Source: Eledone cirrhosa (Eukaryota). From it: DNA of 64,000 nt. The notes beneath the pieces were generated by a model. That model saw only the letters and a program-made list of their open reading frames with translations. It ran no database searches and was not told where the DNA came from. The stretch lies in contig OZ024742.1 in NCBI GenBank assembly GCA_964016885.1, forward strand, positions 260,276,001 to 260,340,000, written 5' to 3'. Each line of letters starts with the position of its first letter. Position 1 is the first letter of the stretch. A program made the position numbers and the translations under genes. Of this stretch, positions 42,778-56,774 are shown in pieces.

Positions 42778-43062
42778 GTCCCAGACCAAAGGCCCCTTTG
42801 AATGTAACTCTGAATGTACTGCGTGGGGCCATCAATGTTACTTGGTTTGCCCCCCAAAAATCCAACGTTTCTATTTTCTACTATGTTGTTGAATACTGTA
42901 ACGACACAATGTGGCATCGAGTTAAAGAGGTGGTTCTCACACCACAAACCTGGTACCTGATGGAGGATTTGAAACCGGGAACCTACAAATTCCGGGTGTT
43001 TTCCTTCAGTCTTCTATCATACAGTCAACCTCAGGAATCAGAAAAGGTTGTCGTACCTGAAG
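42778..43062 (+). CDS. Internal coding exon (285 nt, phase 1-1): one fibronectin type III domain of a Turtle/Borderless (IgSF9)-like protein
   Basis: Acceptor ttttatttttgcag|GT, donor GAAG|gtatgt. Translation GPRPKAPLNVT..INVTWFAP..YYVVEY..W..YLMEDLKPGTYKFRVFSFS has the FN3 hallmarks (P..P.N, W..P, Y.V.Y, L.PG.Y.FRV). Family assignment is from recalled similarity to the GPKPGPPRNLTV-type FN3 of Borderless, not from a search. Confidence 0.9.
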
Positions 43063-43103
43063 GTATGTAAACAAATCACACAAAACCACATTCTATATCT
43101 ATA

Positions 43104-43145
<42 letters not shown>

Positions 43146-43339
43146 TACATCTATACTTTTCTAGATCTATTTATTGTATTTTTTCATGTATAATATGAGA
43201 ACTTTTAAATTAAAATTAAGAGTAAAAATCCAGTTGTTTTACATTCTTTAACAGTACAAATTTACAAAATCATTTACATAGACATGGCTGTACTCTAGGG
43301 TAATATTATACACAAGAATGTAATTTATTTTTGTTTTTG

Positions 43340-43492
43340 TTTAGCTTTACAGGGACTGTATTATACTCAAGTCATATTATACACAAGGATGTTTAGTTTT
43401 ATAGGGATTGTATTTTATTCAAGTCATATTATACACAAGGATGTTTAGCTTTATTGGGATTGTATTATACTCAAGTCATATTATACACAAAG
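43340..43492. repeat. About 52-bp tandem repeat x3
   Basis: gtttagctttatagggattgtattatactcaagtcatattatacacaaggat repeated. Confidence 0.85.
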
Positions 43493-43959
43493 TGGTAGTT
43501 ACCTTTGTGTTTTTACCATCATACCTATATAAGGTGGCATACAGACAGAATCATTAGTGCCAGATAAAATACTTTGTCTTAGTGATAAGAGCATTATATT
43601 ACTAAATTGATTATGTTAGTTAATTAGTTAGGCCAGGCTCCAGCCTAGGTCGAGATAAAAAGTCCCTATTCTACACTTTTCTGTCCATTACACTTTTCCG
43701 TCCATCATTGCCATCTTCAGTTCCTGGATAGATTCCAGGCCAGTATCCTTCTTCAGGTTGTCAATGTCTGTTACATGACATCTCCCATGCTTTTTTATTC
43801 CAAGCCATGAAATCCTCACACATTATAACAAGAGAGATGTCTATTTAACTCCAGAAGATTTTCATCTAACTTCTTAATCCCCATCTGTCATGACGGTTAT
43901 TGCAACATCCTTTTTGGGGTGTGCAACCATGCAGTTGCTGTATTGGTGCTGCACAAATC

Positions 43960-44058
43960 AAAATGTTGTTGGTCAATAGCTTTAAAATGCTGTTGATCAA
44001 TAGCTTTAAAATGTTGTTGGTCAATAACTTTAAAATGTTGTTGGTCAGTAGCTTTAAA
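43960..44058. repeat. 24-bp tandem repeat x4
   Basis: aaaatgttgttggtcaatagcttt repeated. Confidence 0.9.
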
Positions 44059-44494
44059 TTTAAAATATATTTGCCCAAAGCGTCAAACATTCCAGTTGGT
44101 GGATGGGAATGATTACAACAATGTTGACCTATAGGTATATCATAGAAGTTTTAACCCTCACACTATGATAAAGAACCCCATGTATGTTTTATAAGTCATA
44201 TATAAATACTTGAAAATGATTCCATACCAACTAATGAGACTTCTACTTGTTATGTTTCATAAAAATTTATTTCAACACTTCAACATCTTTTCACAGACTT
44301 TTAAATTGTTGCTTTTCTATTTTTTACTCATTATCGATTTTATTGCATTTAGTACCAATAATTTCATTATCTATTTTATTGCTTTTAGTACAATAATTTC
44401 ATTATCAATTTTATTATATTTAGTACAATAATACCGTCTATGTATTTGTTTTGTAAGATTCTTGATGTGAAATCATGTGTTGAAACAGACATTG

Positions 44495-45445
44495 GAGGAG
44501 AGTCATGTTGCAATAAAAACACATGCACTACTTAACTTTCACTTTAGTTTTATTATTATTAGTTTGTTATCTCATGTAATTGTCAAAGCTCTTTCATCAT
44601 CCATTCTGTGACCTCATCATTGACTATCTGTGTTCCTCTTTGCCTCCTCTTCCTTCTGGTCTTATTTTGTCAACTCCATCTTCTCTTTCTGTCAAGCATT
44701 TCCCTGCCTGTGTATATGTTTGTGTCTGCACCAGTGTATATGTGTTTATGTCTTGTCTGCATGTCTATGGAGAGTGGGGAGGGGTTGCATTGGTTTGTAT
44801 TTCTATTTCTATAAATGTGTCCTCCTATGTTTTTTTTCTGTTTCCTATGTGTCCCATTGTGTCCAGTCATTTGGTTGAGGGGTAGAGGTGTACTATTCCA
44901 TTTGTGCTTTCTGTTGAGGCTCGGTTTACTCTCTAATGTGTAACCTCCTTAATTTGTCTGAGTGGTGTGTCAGTTCTATGTGTGAATAGGATCTTTACTA
45001 CTATGTTATCTGTTGGGCCCCCATGTTCTAATTTGGCATGTTGGTATAGGACTGATGAACTTTTCTCCTCTTTAAGTTCTCACCAGTGTCCCTTCATCCT
45101 CTCTGCTATGTGCTGTCTCTCATATAAATGTTGTTGTCTTGTTTCTGCACCGTCACTCTGTACACCTTATCCTATAGACTGCATTCATAATTTTTCAGTT
45201 TATCTGCGGGCTTATTTTACTATACAACTTCTATCAGTGCAGGGGGGTTCTTAAAAGAGTAGGTCCTACTGATCAAGGATTTAACGGGAGTTTCTGTCTT
45301 TTCTACCACTGGTAGTCATTGATGAGCTCGTAGAATGTGTGATGAGAGAGATTTGACAATTACATAATATAACAAACTAATAAGAATAAAAATGAAGTGA
45401 AAATCAACTAGTGCACATGTTTTTATTGGCAACATGACCCTCCCT
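44495..45445 (-). mobile_element. Degenerate Penelope-like element with inverted terminal repeats
   Basis: Minus about 45190-44890 translates (with stops and frameshifts) NAVYRIRCTE*..FI*ETAHS..ERMKGH..SVLYQHAKLEH..LRQIKE..KPSLNRK..W. 44495-44626 is an imperfect inverted copy of 45313-45445. Confidence 0.8.
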
Positions 45446-46482
45446 AAATATAACAATGCAATAATATCATTATCTATTTTATTGCAAATAGTACAATAAT
45501 ATTGTTCTTACATTTTAGTTGAAGGCTGGAATTTTATCATCAAAACATTATTTCTGAAGTTAAATTATGTACATTTTATTCTTTATTGCAGAATATTTTG
45601 TTAAATTAATTTTATATTTGAGTTATATATATATATATAAGAGTAAAAAAAAAAACAGTGGATGGGTGTGTGGATAGGAGAGAAAGCACACACACTCACA
45701 CACTCACACACACTTATATATATATGTATACATATATATATATATTTATGTGTGAGCTTTTTCTTTTATCTACCCTTTTCTCTCGTATTTTTTTTCACTC
45801 TCCTCTATCTTTCTTTTTCTTCTGCTTTTCTCTCTCCCTCTTCTAATGAAGTTCTAGCCCCCAAAACGTCAAGACTCTGTTCTAACTATATCAAGCATTA
45901 AACTAATATATCACCGTTACATTATATTGCTCTCCTGTGTTGATTTTCCATGTTGACTTTTGTTATTTATGAGTGTTTGTGTGTGTGTATTTGCACACGG
46001 ATACATATACATTTGTGTGTGTGTGTGATGATGATGATGATATATATATATATGTATATATATAGCCTTTGACCAATATTGGTCCTGGCTATATCTAACT
46101 TAATACCATCACTTAGATACTTATCCATATATGTGTGTATGTGTATATATATGTATATATATGTACATATAGACACACACATCCACATATATAATATATA
46201 TGTATGTACATATATTTAACTTCTTGTTTATACAGCTTTCTGGTTGTTTTTCTTAGAACGTAAGTATAACGCTGTTGTTAACATGACACAATGCTTGACT
46301 TATATAGTCAATCAGTATAATCACACACATAACAACCATACCTATATTTTGAATCACACCAAATATTTATTTGGCTTATCACATACCTAAAATTAATTAA
46401 TCAAGACTCATTATCACTTTTCACTTGATGACTTCAAAAAATATATTTACTGTATTTTTTTTTTTCCATATATTTTTGTATT

Positions 46483-47050
46483 TTGGAGTTGTTCATGTCT
46501 GGCAAGTGACTTGATCTGAGACTATGTTGAAACTAAAGCAATTACATAATGGAAGATTCACATTAGCCACAGTTGTATTTATCTGGCAACTAACTTGATA
46601 TAAATCCATATCTTAAAACTATCATGGAATATTTATTTTAGCCACATTTGTAGATGTCTGACAAGTGACATGATCTGAGACTGTTTTGAAACTAAAGCTA
46701 TTATATTGTGGAAGAGTCATTCTAGTTACAGTGATACTTGCCTGGCAAGTGACTTGATCTGAGACTGTAAGTTGAAACTAAAGCTGCTGTGGAAGAGTCA
46801 TTCCACAATACTACTGTTGTACATGTCTAACAAGTGACTTGATCTGTGACTATGAGTTACAATTAAAACAATTACAGTGTGTAAAAGTCACGTTAGTTAC
46901 AATTGTTCATGTGATTTCATCTGTGACTGTGTTGAAACTAAAGCTATTATATTGTGGAGGAGTCATTTTAACTATAGTTGTTCATGAGACATAATCTGAG
47001 AGTGTGAGTTGAAACTAAAACAATTAGTGTGGAAGAGTTGCATTGGCCAT
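46483..47050. repeat. About 80-85-bp diverged tandem repeat (6-7 copies)
   Basis: Recurring caagtgacttgatctgagact..gttgaaactaaagc.atta...gtggaagagtca at about 46501, 46660, 46744, 46830, 46910 and 46985; a solo copy at about 40955-41030. Confidence 0.85.
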
Positions 47051-47422
47051 CTAAAGACACCCAAGAACTGATAAATTCAATTTATATTAATCATTTATTT
47101 CTTGGTATCAAAATTTTCATCAAATTGACTGTGACCTAATTAATAGAACTGTTAGTGGAATTCTGTTAAGTGACCAAGTTACCGAGACTAATGAGGGAAA
47201 ACGCTGACACCAAGAAATAAATGAAAAAAAGGTTTTTGTGTTTTAAATGGCTAAAATGACTCTTCCACACAGTAGTTGTATATATTTTATTTTTATATAT
47301 TCATTTTTTCATGCTTCACAGATGTATTCACTTAAATGTAGCTTTTAGCAGCCATGTGTTTATTGTTGCACTCACTGCACACACACACACACTACTCTCT
47401 CTCTCTCACACACATACACATA

Positions 47423-47456
<34 letters not shown>

Positions 47457-48396
47457 TGGTGGTACCTACAAATGATGCATTCAGCTGATTTGCCATATTT
47501 TCTATTTCAATTTAAGCAATTATTTAATTTTCAGTATTCTTCTCACCACAGCTGTCATATTGATATTCTTTCTGGGAATTTGGAAATTATACTTTGATTT
47601 TGCAAGAGACTGGATTGGTTAATGATTGAAAAAAACTTCTAGTATCAGTGTATATAGACTTGTGTCCTATATGTGTGTGTGTGTGTGGAAAGAAAGATAT
47701 GCTTCTATATATGTATAGCATATATATGTGTGTGTGTGTCATCATTATTAGCAGCATCAGGATTTAATGTCCACTTTCCCTGTTAGCAAGGATTGAACGA
47801 TTCCTGAAAGGACCAGGCTGGTACTAAATGTGAAGGTACTGACTCCACAGTGAGCTAGAAGCTTGCATCTAGCTTACATACATTGCTGAACCCTACTAAG
47901 TTCTCAGAAGACAGTCTGCAACATGCTTATAGTCCCGACCCTTTGTTTGACAGGTTTTCTATGGCTGGATGTCCTCCCCATCACTAACCACTATACAGAG
48001 TGTACTGAGTGTGTTTATCTTGTACTTCACCACCAACACTGGAGATGTTGTCATGTATGTATATATATATGTATATACATTATATACATGTGTGTGTGTT
48101 TGGATCTTTCAGGGGTTTCAATAAGTATTCATTGAAATATAGGGTGGACACTACATGACAATCTCTCTAGTATTAATGCAATGATAAAATACATCCAATA
48201 GACTCTATAAAGTGGTAGTGCCAGTGCCATGATAAAATGCACTCAGTACACTCTGTAAAGTAAGTGATATGATCAAGACGTTGTTCTCTAACCAGTCAGT
48301 TTAGAACTGGAACAATCTTTCCAGCCCATACCAGTATGGGAAATGGATATAAAATGAGGATGATGATGATATTATGTATACAAGCACACACACACA

Positions 48397-48448
<52 letters not shown>

Positions 48449-51400
48449 GAGAGACAGATGGGGGGAGATCCACACCCATGCAGATAATTATAGGTTATCT
48501 CTTGATTCTTTTTTTTTTTTCACAAATTCTATAAAATAATGACTTATGTGTGAGAAACAAGATTTATTTTCAATTTAGCCTGAAAAAATGTAAATTGAAT
48601 TTATTGTTATTACGACCATTACTTATACTAGCAGAAAACCCTTCGGTGGTTTTCTGCTAGCATGTGTAGTGTGTATATTGATATTATACGCAAGTATATA
48701 TATACATGTTGATATGATACATCAAATAAAATCCTAATTGACAATATACACAAATTGAATGAAGACGTTGTTACACTGTCTTATGTAATCAGTAACGTAA
48801 TCCATGATACATTAAAAAAAGACGATATTATATATAAATTGCATTAGGAGAATATTAGTATGTTTATTTAAGTGATCGCCACCGGAAGTGTTGACATCAC
48901 ACACTCTCTCTTTCTATATATATGGTAGTTGAAGTGGTGGTGGTGGCAATGATATACTGGAAGTGCAACTTTGAAAAGAAGTCAATTTTAAATTATTTAT
49001 TTTTACGAAATTTAGTAGATAAATTATGTAATATTCATTCATTATTTTATTCAAAGTAATCCAACTTATTTTACTAACGGGATAAAAAAAAAAACCATAC
49101 ACAGTCCCGCAGACCTTCCTTTATTATAATTTAGATTATTAATGTTATTTTTATTATTATTATCATTATTAATGTTTTTATTATATTTGCTTCTCTGTAG
49201 ATGTTTCAGTGAATGTTATCATTGTTGGCAGTGTTTTTCTATTTGACAGATATATAACTGCAGTACCGCTCTCAGTGTATTGGCGTTTTTATACATTTAT
49301 TTTATTATCTTGTCCAATTCCTCCTTATATGCTTTATTTCAGCAAAGAACCTTCCAATGTTCTGTAGTTTCTCCTCCTCAAAACTTAAACTTGAGACACA
49401 AAGCATGCCAAAAACAAACCCCCACATTATTTCTGTATGTACAATGTTTTGGGATAATTTTCACATATAATTTCTCTATCATTTTATTATTAAATATATA
49501 TTTCTAATTAGTATTTATGCTATATTTTGTAATTTTATGACATAATCTGTGTTGTTATTGCTGTTCTTTGACATATATTCTATTTTATTTTATTTTTTTA
49601 CTTGTTTCAATCATCCAACTATGGCCATGTTGGGGCAGTGCAATCATTTTATTGACCCCGGTCTTTATTTACATTTTGTTTTGTTTTTTAAGTTGAGTAC
49701 TTATTTTATCAATCTCTCCTTTTTTTTTGCTAACCACTAAATTACTGAACATAAACACAGCCACAAACGTAAACATAGACATGGACACATACACACATAT
49801 AAACACATTTGCTTGTACATGTGCATGCGCATATACGTACGATGGGCTTCTGCAGTTCCCATCTACCAAATTACACTTATAAAACATTGACCAACTCAAG
49901 GCTATAGTAGAAGACACATGACCAAGGTCCCACACATTGAGACTGAAGCCAGAATCACATGGTTGGACAGCAACTCATTAACCACACCACCATGCTTGCA
50001 TTTCTGCTTTTATTTTATGAAATTATTGCTGTTGTTGATCTTAACAGCTTTTATTTCTCATCATATCTGATTGATAACATTAATAACATTGAGAATGTCT
50101 TGTAGATTTTTCAGCTAGAATTTATTACACTATATCATACACTACCTGTGAATTCATAGGATGGTGGCTGATTGTTAGAACATCAGATAATTGGCAGAGT
50201 CATCAGAACACCAGATAATTGGCAGGGATGTTAGAATGTCTGTTAATTAACAGAGTTGTTAGAATGTCTGTTAATTGGCAGAGTTGTTAGAATCTTTGAT
50301 AAAAAAAACTTTGTGGTATTTTTTCTGGTTATCAGTGCTCTGAGTTCAAATCCTTTCAAGGTCAACAAATAAAGTACTAGTTCAGTACTTTCTCATTTTC
50401 TTTCTCTCACTCTTCTCATTCTCTGGAAGAAATTTGCTATGTTCAGACATGGGAGTAGATGTGCTCCACCAAATTTAAGATGCCATATATCACTATGGTA
50501 CCCCTACAACTCTTTCAGAAGTTAAGGTTCCATGTATGCATGCATACCTGTGAAATTATGAATAAACATGAAGGATTCTCCATTGATTTTGATGATCAGC
50601 ATTCTAATTATGCTATGATCATTACTAATCTGTCTCTTATGGGCAGGAGCAAAAACTACAACCATCTCCAAACTGCTTGCTTTGACTGGAATAAAGCAGC
50701 CTAGAATTCTTACTACACGTTCAAACTGGCTTGAATTTTACAACTCCGGAGATGTAAATACTATACTTCAGAACATCCTGAATTCTATATGGACAGCATG
50801 TGCAGCACCAGTACCATGTAAGCACAAAAAACATTCCATAGTGCAAATTAGGAGAGTTGTTAGGGCATCAGATTAAGTACTTTGGTATTTGTTCTGGCTC
50901 ACTACACTCTGAATTCAAATCCAGCCATGGTCAACTTTTCCATTTATCCTTTCAAGGTCAATGAATAAGATATCAGTCCAATACTGGGGTTGATTCTTCC
51001 TCTATCTTTCTTTTTCTCTCACACTCTCTTCTCTGGAAGAAAACTGCTATGTTCAGACGTAGAGAGGGGTGGGCTCTGTCACGTTTAAATGCCACAACGG
51101 TGCCCCTAAGGTTCTACCAAAGTTAAGAGCTGTTTCTCTTCTCTCTATATTAGGTAGATGATAGATTGCCAGATTCATTAGAGTATCAGATTTAAATGTC
51201 TCGATATTTATGATAAGAAGGGCATAAAAACCATGCATAAAATACAACAGATATATGTGAGATGTCCCTTTGTCTCCTGCCTGTCTAGGAGGACAGTAAC
51301 ACCAATTAAGTACTTACATGGTCTTTAAACACCTGTCCAACCCATCCTAACATGGAAACAGACATTAGATGATGATGATGGTGATGATGATTTTATTGCT

Positions 51401-51934
51401 AACAAATAATCTGTTGTTTGTTTTTGTTTTACTCTTTTAAAATGTTTTTCCTTGCAGTTTTTTTTGCTCTTATTTTATTTTAACATAAATTTTTTTTCTC
51501 TTAAAGATGATTATCTCTTGTACTTCTTTATATTTTACCATACAATATCTGTCAGCTAGCACTATGTGATATATCATCATAACATATACCTATATACGGT
51601 CAGAATATTTCTTAACCCTTTCATTAGCATATTTCTAATTAAAGACACTATCTATGATTTTTCAAATCATTTTGAAAATATCAAGTTTTTGCTAGCATTT
51701 AGTAATGTAACCAACTATTTCATGCATTTGATGATTTCATACAAATAAAATGGTTAAAATCATGAAGAAGTTATTTCTATTTGAAATAAATCATATACCT
51801 TCTTTACATAATGTGTTGGGTGTGGTCCCTTTCTGTTTCACTTCAGTAAACCATCCATATTCATATATTTGTGCTAGCAGGGAAAACGGTCATGAAATGA
51901 TGATATATATATATATATATCATCAGTATATATA

Positions 51935-52135
51935 TAGGAAAATGTTCGAACCCCGATGGCAGAACTCAAGCCGTTTCACCGGTTATTTCAGTCCAGAAAT
52001 AGCCGTCGAAACAGCTTGAGCTCTGCCGCCGGGGTCTTGAACATTTTCCTATTATCCACTCTACTACCCAAAGTATTGAGTACTCTGGTGCATTATGGTC
52101 CACCTGGTTTCTTACCACACTTCCCTCGTTATATA
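51935..52135 (+). mobile_element. Non-coding fold-back element family (hairpin head plus conserved about 80-bp tail); other copies at 16535-16725 (+) and 10606-10720 (-)
   Basis: Shared tail ccactctactaccc.aagtattgagtactctggtgc.ttatggtcca.ctggtt.cttaccaca; hairpin of about 110 bp with gtttc/gtcgaaacagc near its apex; all copies abut (TA)n. Confidence 0.75.
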
Positions 52136-52454
52136 TATATATATATATATATATCATCATCATCATCATTTTACGTCCACTTTTCCCTGCTTGCAAGGGT
52201 GGGACGGGAACTGATTCTGGCTTGATTTCTACAGCTGGATGCCCTTCCTAACACCAACCTCATTTACAGTGAGTGTTGGGTGCTTTTTTCCATGGCGCCT
52301 ACTCGTCCACTTTATAGTGTGGGCTGGGTGAATTTTTGCCATGGCACCTCCACGACCACTTTGCAGTGGAATGATAGGGACCCCAGTCCCTATCATCTCA
52401 TTTCTACAGCTGAGTAAACAGGAGCAATGTGAAATAAAGTATCTTGCTCAAGGA

Positions 52455-52485
<31 letters not shown>

Positions 52486-52555
52486 AAATAAAGTAGGTGC
52501 CCCAGTATGGCCTCAGCCGGATGGCTGGAGCAGGTAAAAGAGTAATATATACTGA

Positions 52556-52598
<43 letters not shown>

Positions 52599-53931
52599 CA
52601 TCATTAATTACCGTTTTTCTCTGCTAGCACATTTATATGATTATGAATGGTTTTCTGGTTTAGAAGAGATACACTGTGACACTGCATGTCATAAGAAGCA
52701 AGTAAAGGGATTGATCTCAGGAAGGGCATCCGGCTGTAAACCATTGCCTCAAAAGTTTTGTCCAGCCCATGCCAAACTAGAAGTGTCAACATAAAAATTA
52801 TGAGATGACAACAATGTTATTTAATATGTGCTCGTATATCTCACTGGCCAACATAGTTATATGTATATATATGTGTGTGTGTGTATATATATATATATGA
52901 ATAAAAAATATGGGTGAAGACAAGAAAATGTACAAATACAGTCGATCCCATCTCATCAGTCGACTGTTAAAAATATGTTGTTTCAGTGCTTGAAGATCGA
53001 TATATATATATAACTGTTTTGTTATCATATGACAAAAGAGTTAATTTATGTGACACTAATTAATACAATTCTATTTTTTCATTGTTTTGGTTTTTGCTTT
53101 CAGAAGATTTCTGCTCCTCAACTTTCTAAAATAGAAAGAAATTAATTTATTCATAAAAAGCCAACACACCACAAGTTAACTATAAAATGATAGAATAAGT
53201 CAGGTAGATAACACTTGGAGATGGAAAAAAAAATAGACCACCTGCAAGAATCAACCCACACGTGTGTCATATGCTGGATGGCTGTGATACCAATACAATG
53301 TATGTGTGTGTATTTACATATGTATGAGATGTATATATGTTTACATATATGTTATCAAAGGGTTTATTTACCCAATTTATCCAACTATTTTTATAGTTAA
53401 CAAGCAGTGTGGTGGCTTTTCAAAAAGCAAGCATACTTTCAAATTTACCTGATGCTTTGTAAATAAATCAAGGTTGCTTAACTCTTTTGATGCTAAACCA
53501 CATGAAACTGCCCATGATTTTATGGTGCAGGACTACTTGTTATATAGTGTTTATATTTCATATCTTTATTTTGGAACTTTGTTAAGTTATGTTCCAAACA
53601 CCAGTTTAATAATGAGGATGTCAGTTATATTACTAAATCTATTCAAATTGTTGAATTTTCAAAACAATTTGAAAATAATAGGTTACTGCTACTGCTACTA
53701 CTACTACTACTACTACTGTCTTTCCTTTTATTGTCTTTTTAATGCATTTTTATCTACAGCACCTGTATTCTATTCTTCCTCCTACAGACAAACACAGACA
53801 TGTATGTCTCTATTTGTATGTGTGTGTATGTGTATATATATATATGTGTGTGTGTAGATTTTTCATTTCAGTAATTGAACCTACATTATTACTTCGTTTC
53901 TAATCTATACTTGTACTGATTTCTTCTTCTG

Positions 53932-54007
<76 letters not shown>

Positions 54008-54332
54008 TCATTATCATCCTCATCATCCATCAATATCATCAATGCTGTTTCTGTATTTGTTGTTGTTGTTGTTGTCATTCATTGCAGTTATTTCTTCACA
54101 AGATTCTGTTCTATTGTATACATTTTATTTCATCTCTCTTCGATATGTTTTAGTTGTTAGTTATGGAGAGTTATACCCGAAAATGTGCTATGTTCTTATC
54201 CAGTGAACAGTTGTAGGTGCCATTGAGCATACATAACAGGAAATTCCATTATATTGTAGCTGCATAGTACAGGGGCTTCTAACCCCAACTCACTAATATC
54301 AATTCTCTTTAGTGTATCTATGTCCGTGTGAG

Positions 54333-54426
<94 letters not shown>

Positions 54427-54444
54427 GTATATATATGTATATAC

Positions 54445-54527
<83 letters not shown>

Positions 54528-54834
54528 GCATCATGATCTTCTGTATGTGAGTGTATGTATATGTATGTATCTAAGTATATAAACGCAAACATATATATTT
54601 ATATGTTTGCGTGTGTATATATACATTCATAGACATATATATTTACATATGTAAATATATATGTATATGTGTGTGTGTGTGTGTGCGTGCATGTATATAT
54701 ATATATACATATATAAATTATGTATTAAGAGTATATTTGCTAGCATGTCTGTATATTTATATATACATGTAGAAATATATTTCTATGCATGTCTATATAT
54801 GTAGGTGTGTGTATGTATATAGATATACATGTTC

Positions 54835-54923
<89 letters not shown>

Positions 54924-55516
54924 ATGGAGAAACACACTTACATACAATCATACATACATACAAACTTATATAAACACGTGCAGATATTCACTCTTACTGT
55001 AAATATTCTTTTGTTCTTGTATTTTTTCCTAATTACTTTCACCAAATATACCCTTATTGGCTAGCCCTGTGTATATTTCTCTCTCTTCTACAACTTTTAA
55101 AGTAACATTGATTTTTTTTCCCTATTTTTCTATATTTATTTATAATCGTCACAAGCGCCCTCTCTGGCCCCGTTAAATGTTTTCCAACTAACATTTCTTC
55201 TATAAGATGATCATCAGAAATAGTTGAACGTTTTGCTAAAGTTCTTCATGTTTTTGTTTTGTTATCCTTGAAATATCTGATGAACCCAAGAATTAATTAA
55301 TAATTAATTTGCTTGTCACATGGGATGCCAAATAGGAAGTTAACAAAAGTACAAACACCAAATATCAGAGGAACATTTTGGTAGCATTTTAGTCAATAAA
55401 TCATAAAGACAGGTATTTCAGTTTGATATAGTATAATATAGTTGAGAGAGCACTCAATTCATGGAAAGTCTAAAGCATATAGACATTTATTACACAAAGT
55501 ATTATTATTGTTACTA

Positions 55517-55741
55517 GAGCGGTGGATTGGCAGTATCGGTAGAGAGTCAGACACCATGCTTTGCAGCATAGAGTTACAGTCCTTTACGGTCTGAGTTCAA
55601 ATCCCGCCGAGGTTAACTTTACCTTTCATCCTCATGGGGTCGATAAAATAAAGTACCAGTCATGCACTGGGGTCGATTTAATCGACTTTCCCCTCCTCCA
55701 AAATTGCTGGCCTTGTGCCTATATAAGAAACCATTATTATT
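55517..55741 (+). mobile_element. Full-length tRNA-derived SINE with Meta-like central domain and (TTA)n tail (most abundant family in the window)
   Basis: A-box TGGCAGTATCGG, B-box GTTCAAATCC, core cctttcatcctcatggggtcgataaaataaagtaccag, tail gctggccttgtgcc..attattatt. Further copies near 316-470(-), 1843-2066(+), 13315-13520(+), 24185-24385(-), 41264-41455(+), 41900-42085(-), 42230-42345(-) and 50850-51000(+). Confidence 0.9.
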
Positions 55742-55865
55742 AGCCGTATTTTTATTGTGCATCATCACCAAGTGCAGCTCCCTGCAGTATGGTTTTTGGT
55801 GGTGTTGTTTCTATTGTATTGAGAGTACTCTTCATAATATGTGTGCAGTACCTGGTGAGGCTATA
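55742..55865 (-). mobile_element. Short R4/Dong-like LINE 3' end relic
   Basis: Minus strand reads GTAHIL*RVLSIQ*, the same terminal motif type as GTARIIRKV at about 20760-20790. Confidence 0.55.
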
Positions 55866-56368
55866 TATATATAGTGAACTCAATTGTTGATTGAGTCTGT
55901 ACAATCATTTTTGACCTGAAACCAGATTCCTTAATCTTTGAGTTCATATAAGATTTTCTCTGCTTTTTATACAAAATTCTTCATATTTGTATAACTATTT
56001 CTTCCCATACATACATATATATAAAGTTCTATCAAATGGATGATGCATATTGATTATGGTTGTGGGCTGATGGTTTTAAGGTCATGAGTTCTATTCTTAG
56101 ACTCAGTTATGTAGTGTGTCCTTCAGCAAGACACATTATTTCATGTTGCTCCAGCAAACTGAATTGGAATAAATGAATTGCAAGAACACTGGTTCTAAGC
56201 CATGTCAGCGTTTCCCTTTCCCTTGGACAACATCAATAACGTGGAGAGGGGACTGGCATGTATGGCTAACTGCTGGTCTTCTACAAAATATCCTGATGAT
56301 GGCTTTTGCCTCAGTAAACGATTGGTACAAAATCCATTGTCAATCGTGACTGAAGAGGCCCTTTCCTA

Positions 56369-56710
56369 TCATCATCATCATCATCATCATCATCATTTTA
56401 CGTCCGCTTTTCCCTGCTTGCAAGGGTGGGACAGGAACTGATTCTGGCTTAATTTCTACAGCTGGATGCCCTTCCTAACACCAACCTCATTTACAGTGCT
56501 GGGTGATTTTTTTCCGTGGCGCCTACACGACCACTTTACAGTGGAATGATAGGGACCCCAGTCCTATCATCTCATTTCTACAGCTTAGTAAACTGGAGCA
56601 ATGTGAAATAAAGTGTCTTGCTCAAGGAAATAACACATCACCCGGTAGAGAATTGAACTCACTACCTTTTGATTGCAAGACCAATTCTCATACCACTAAG
56701 CCATGTGCCT

Positions 56711-56712
<2 letters not shown>
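56369..56712 (-). mobile_element. Young tRNA-head SINE with RTE-derived 3' tail; sister copy at 52154-52460
   Basis: Near-identical to 52154-52460; the tail matches the RTE 3' end at 7062-7113. Confidence 0.85.

Positions 56713-56774
<62 letters not shown>

Noticed and set aside
55517-55605. tRNA gene (A and B boxes)
   Set aside because: No cloverleaf; it is the head of a multi-copy SINE.
56300-56330. CTGATGAtggcttttgcc hammerhead-like start
   Set aside because: No correctly placed GAAA, and it lies within a SINE body.
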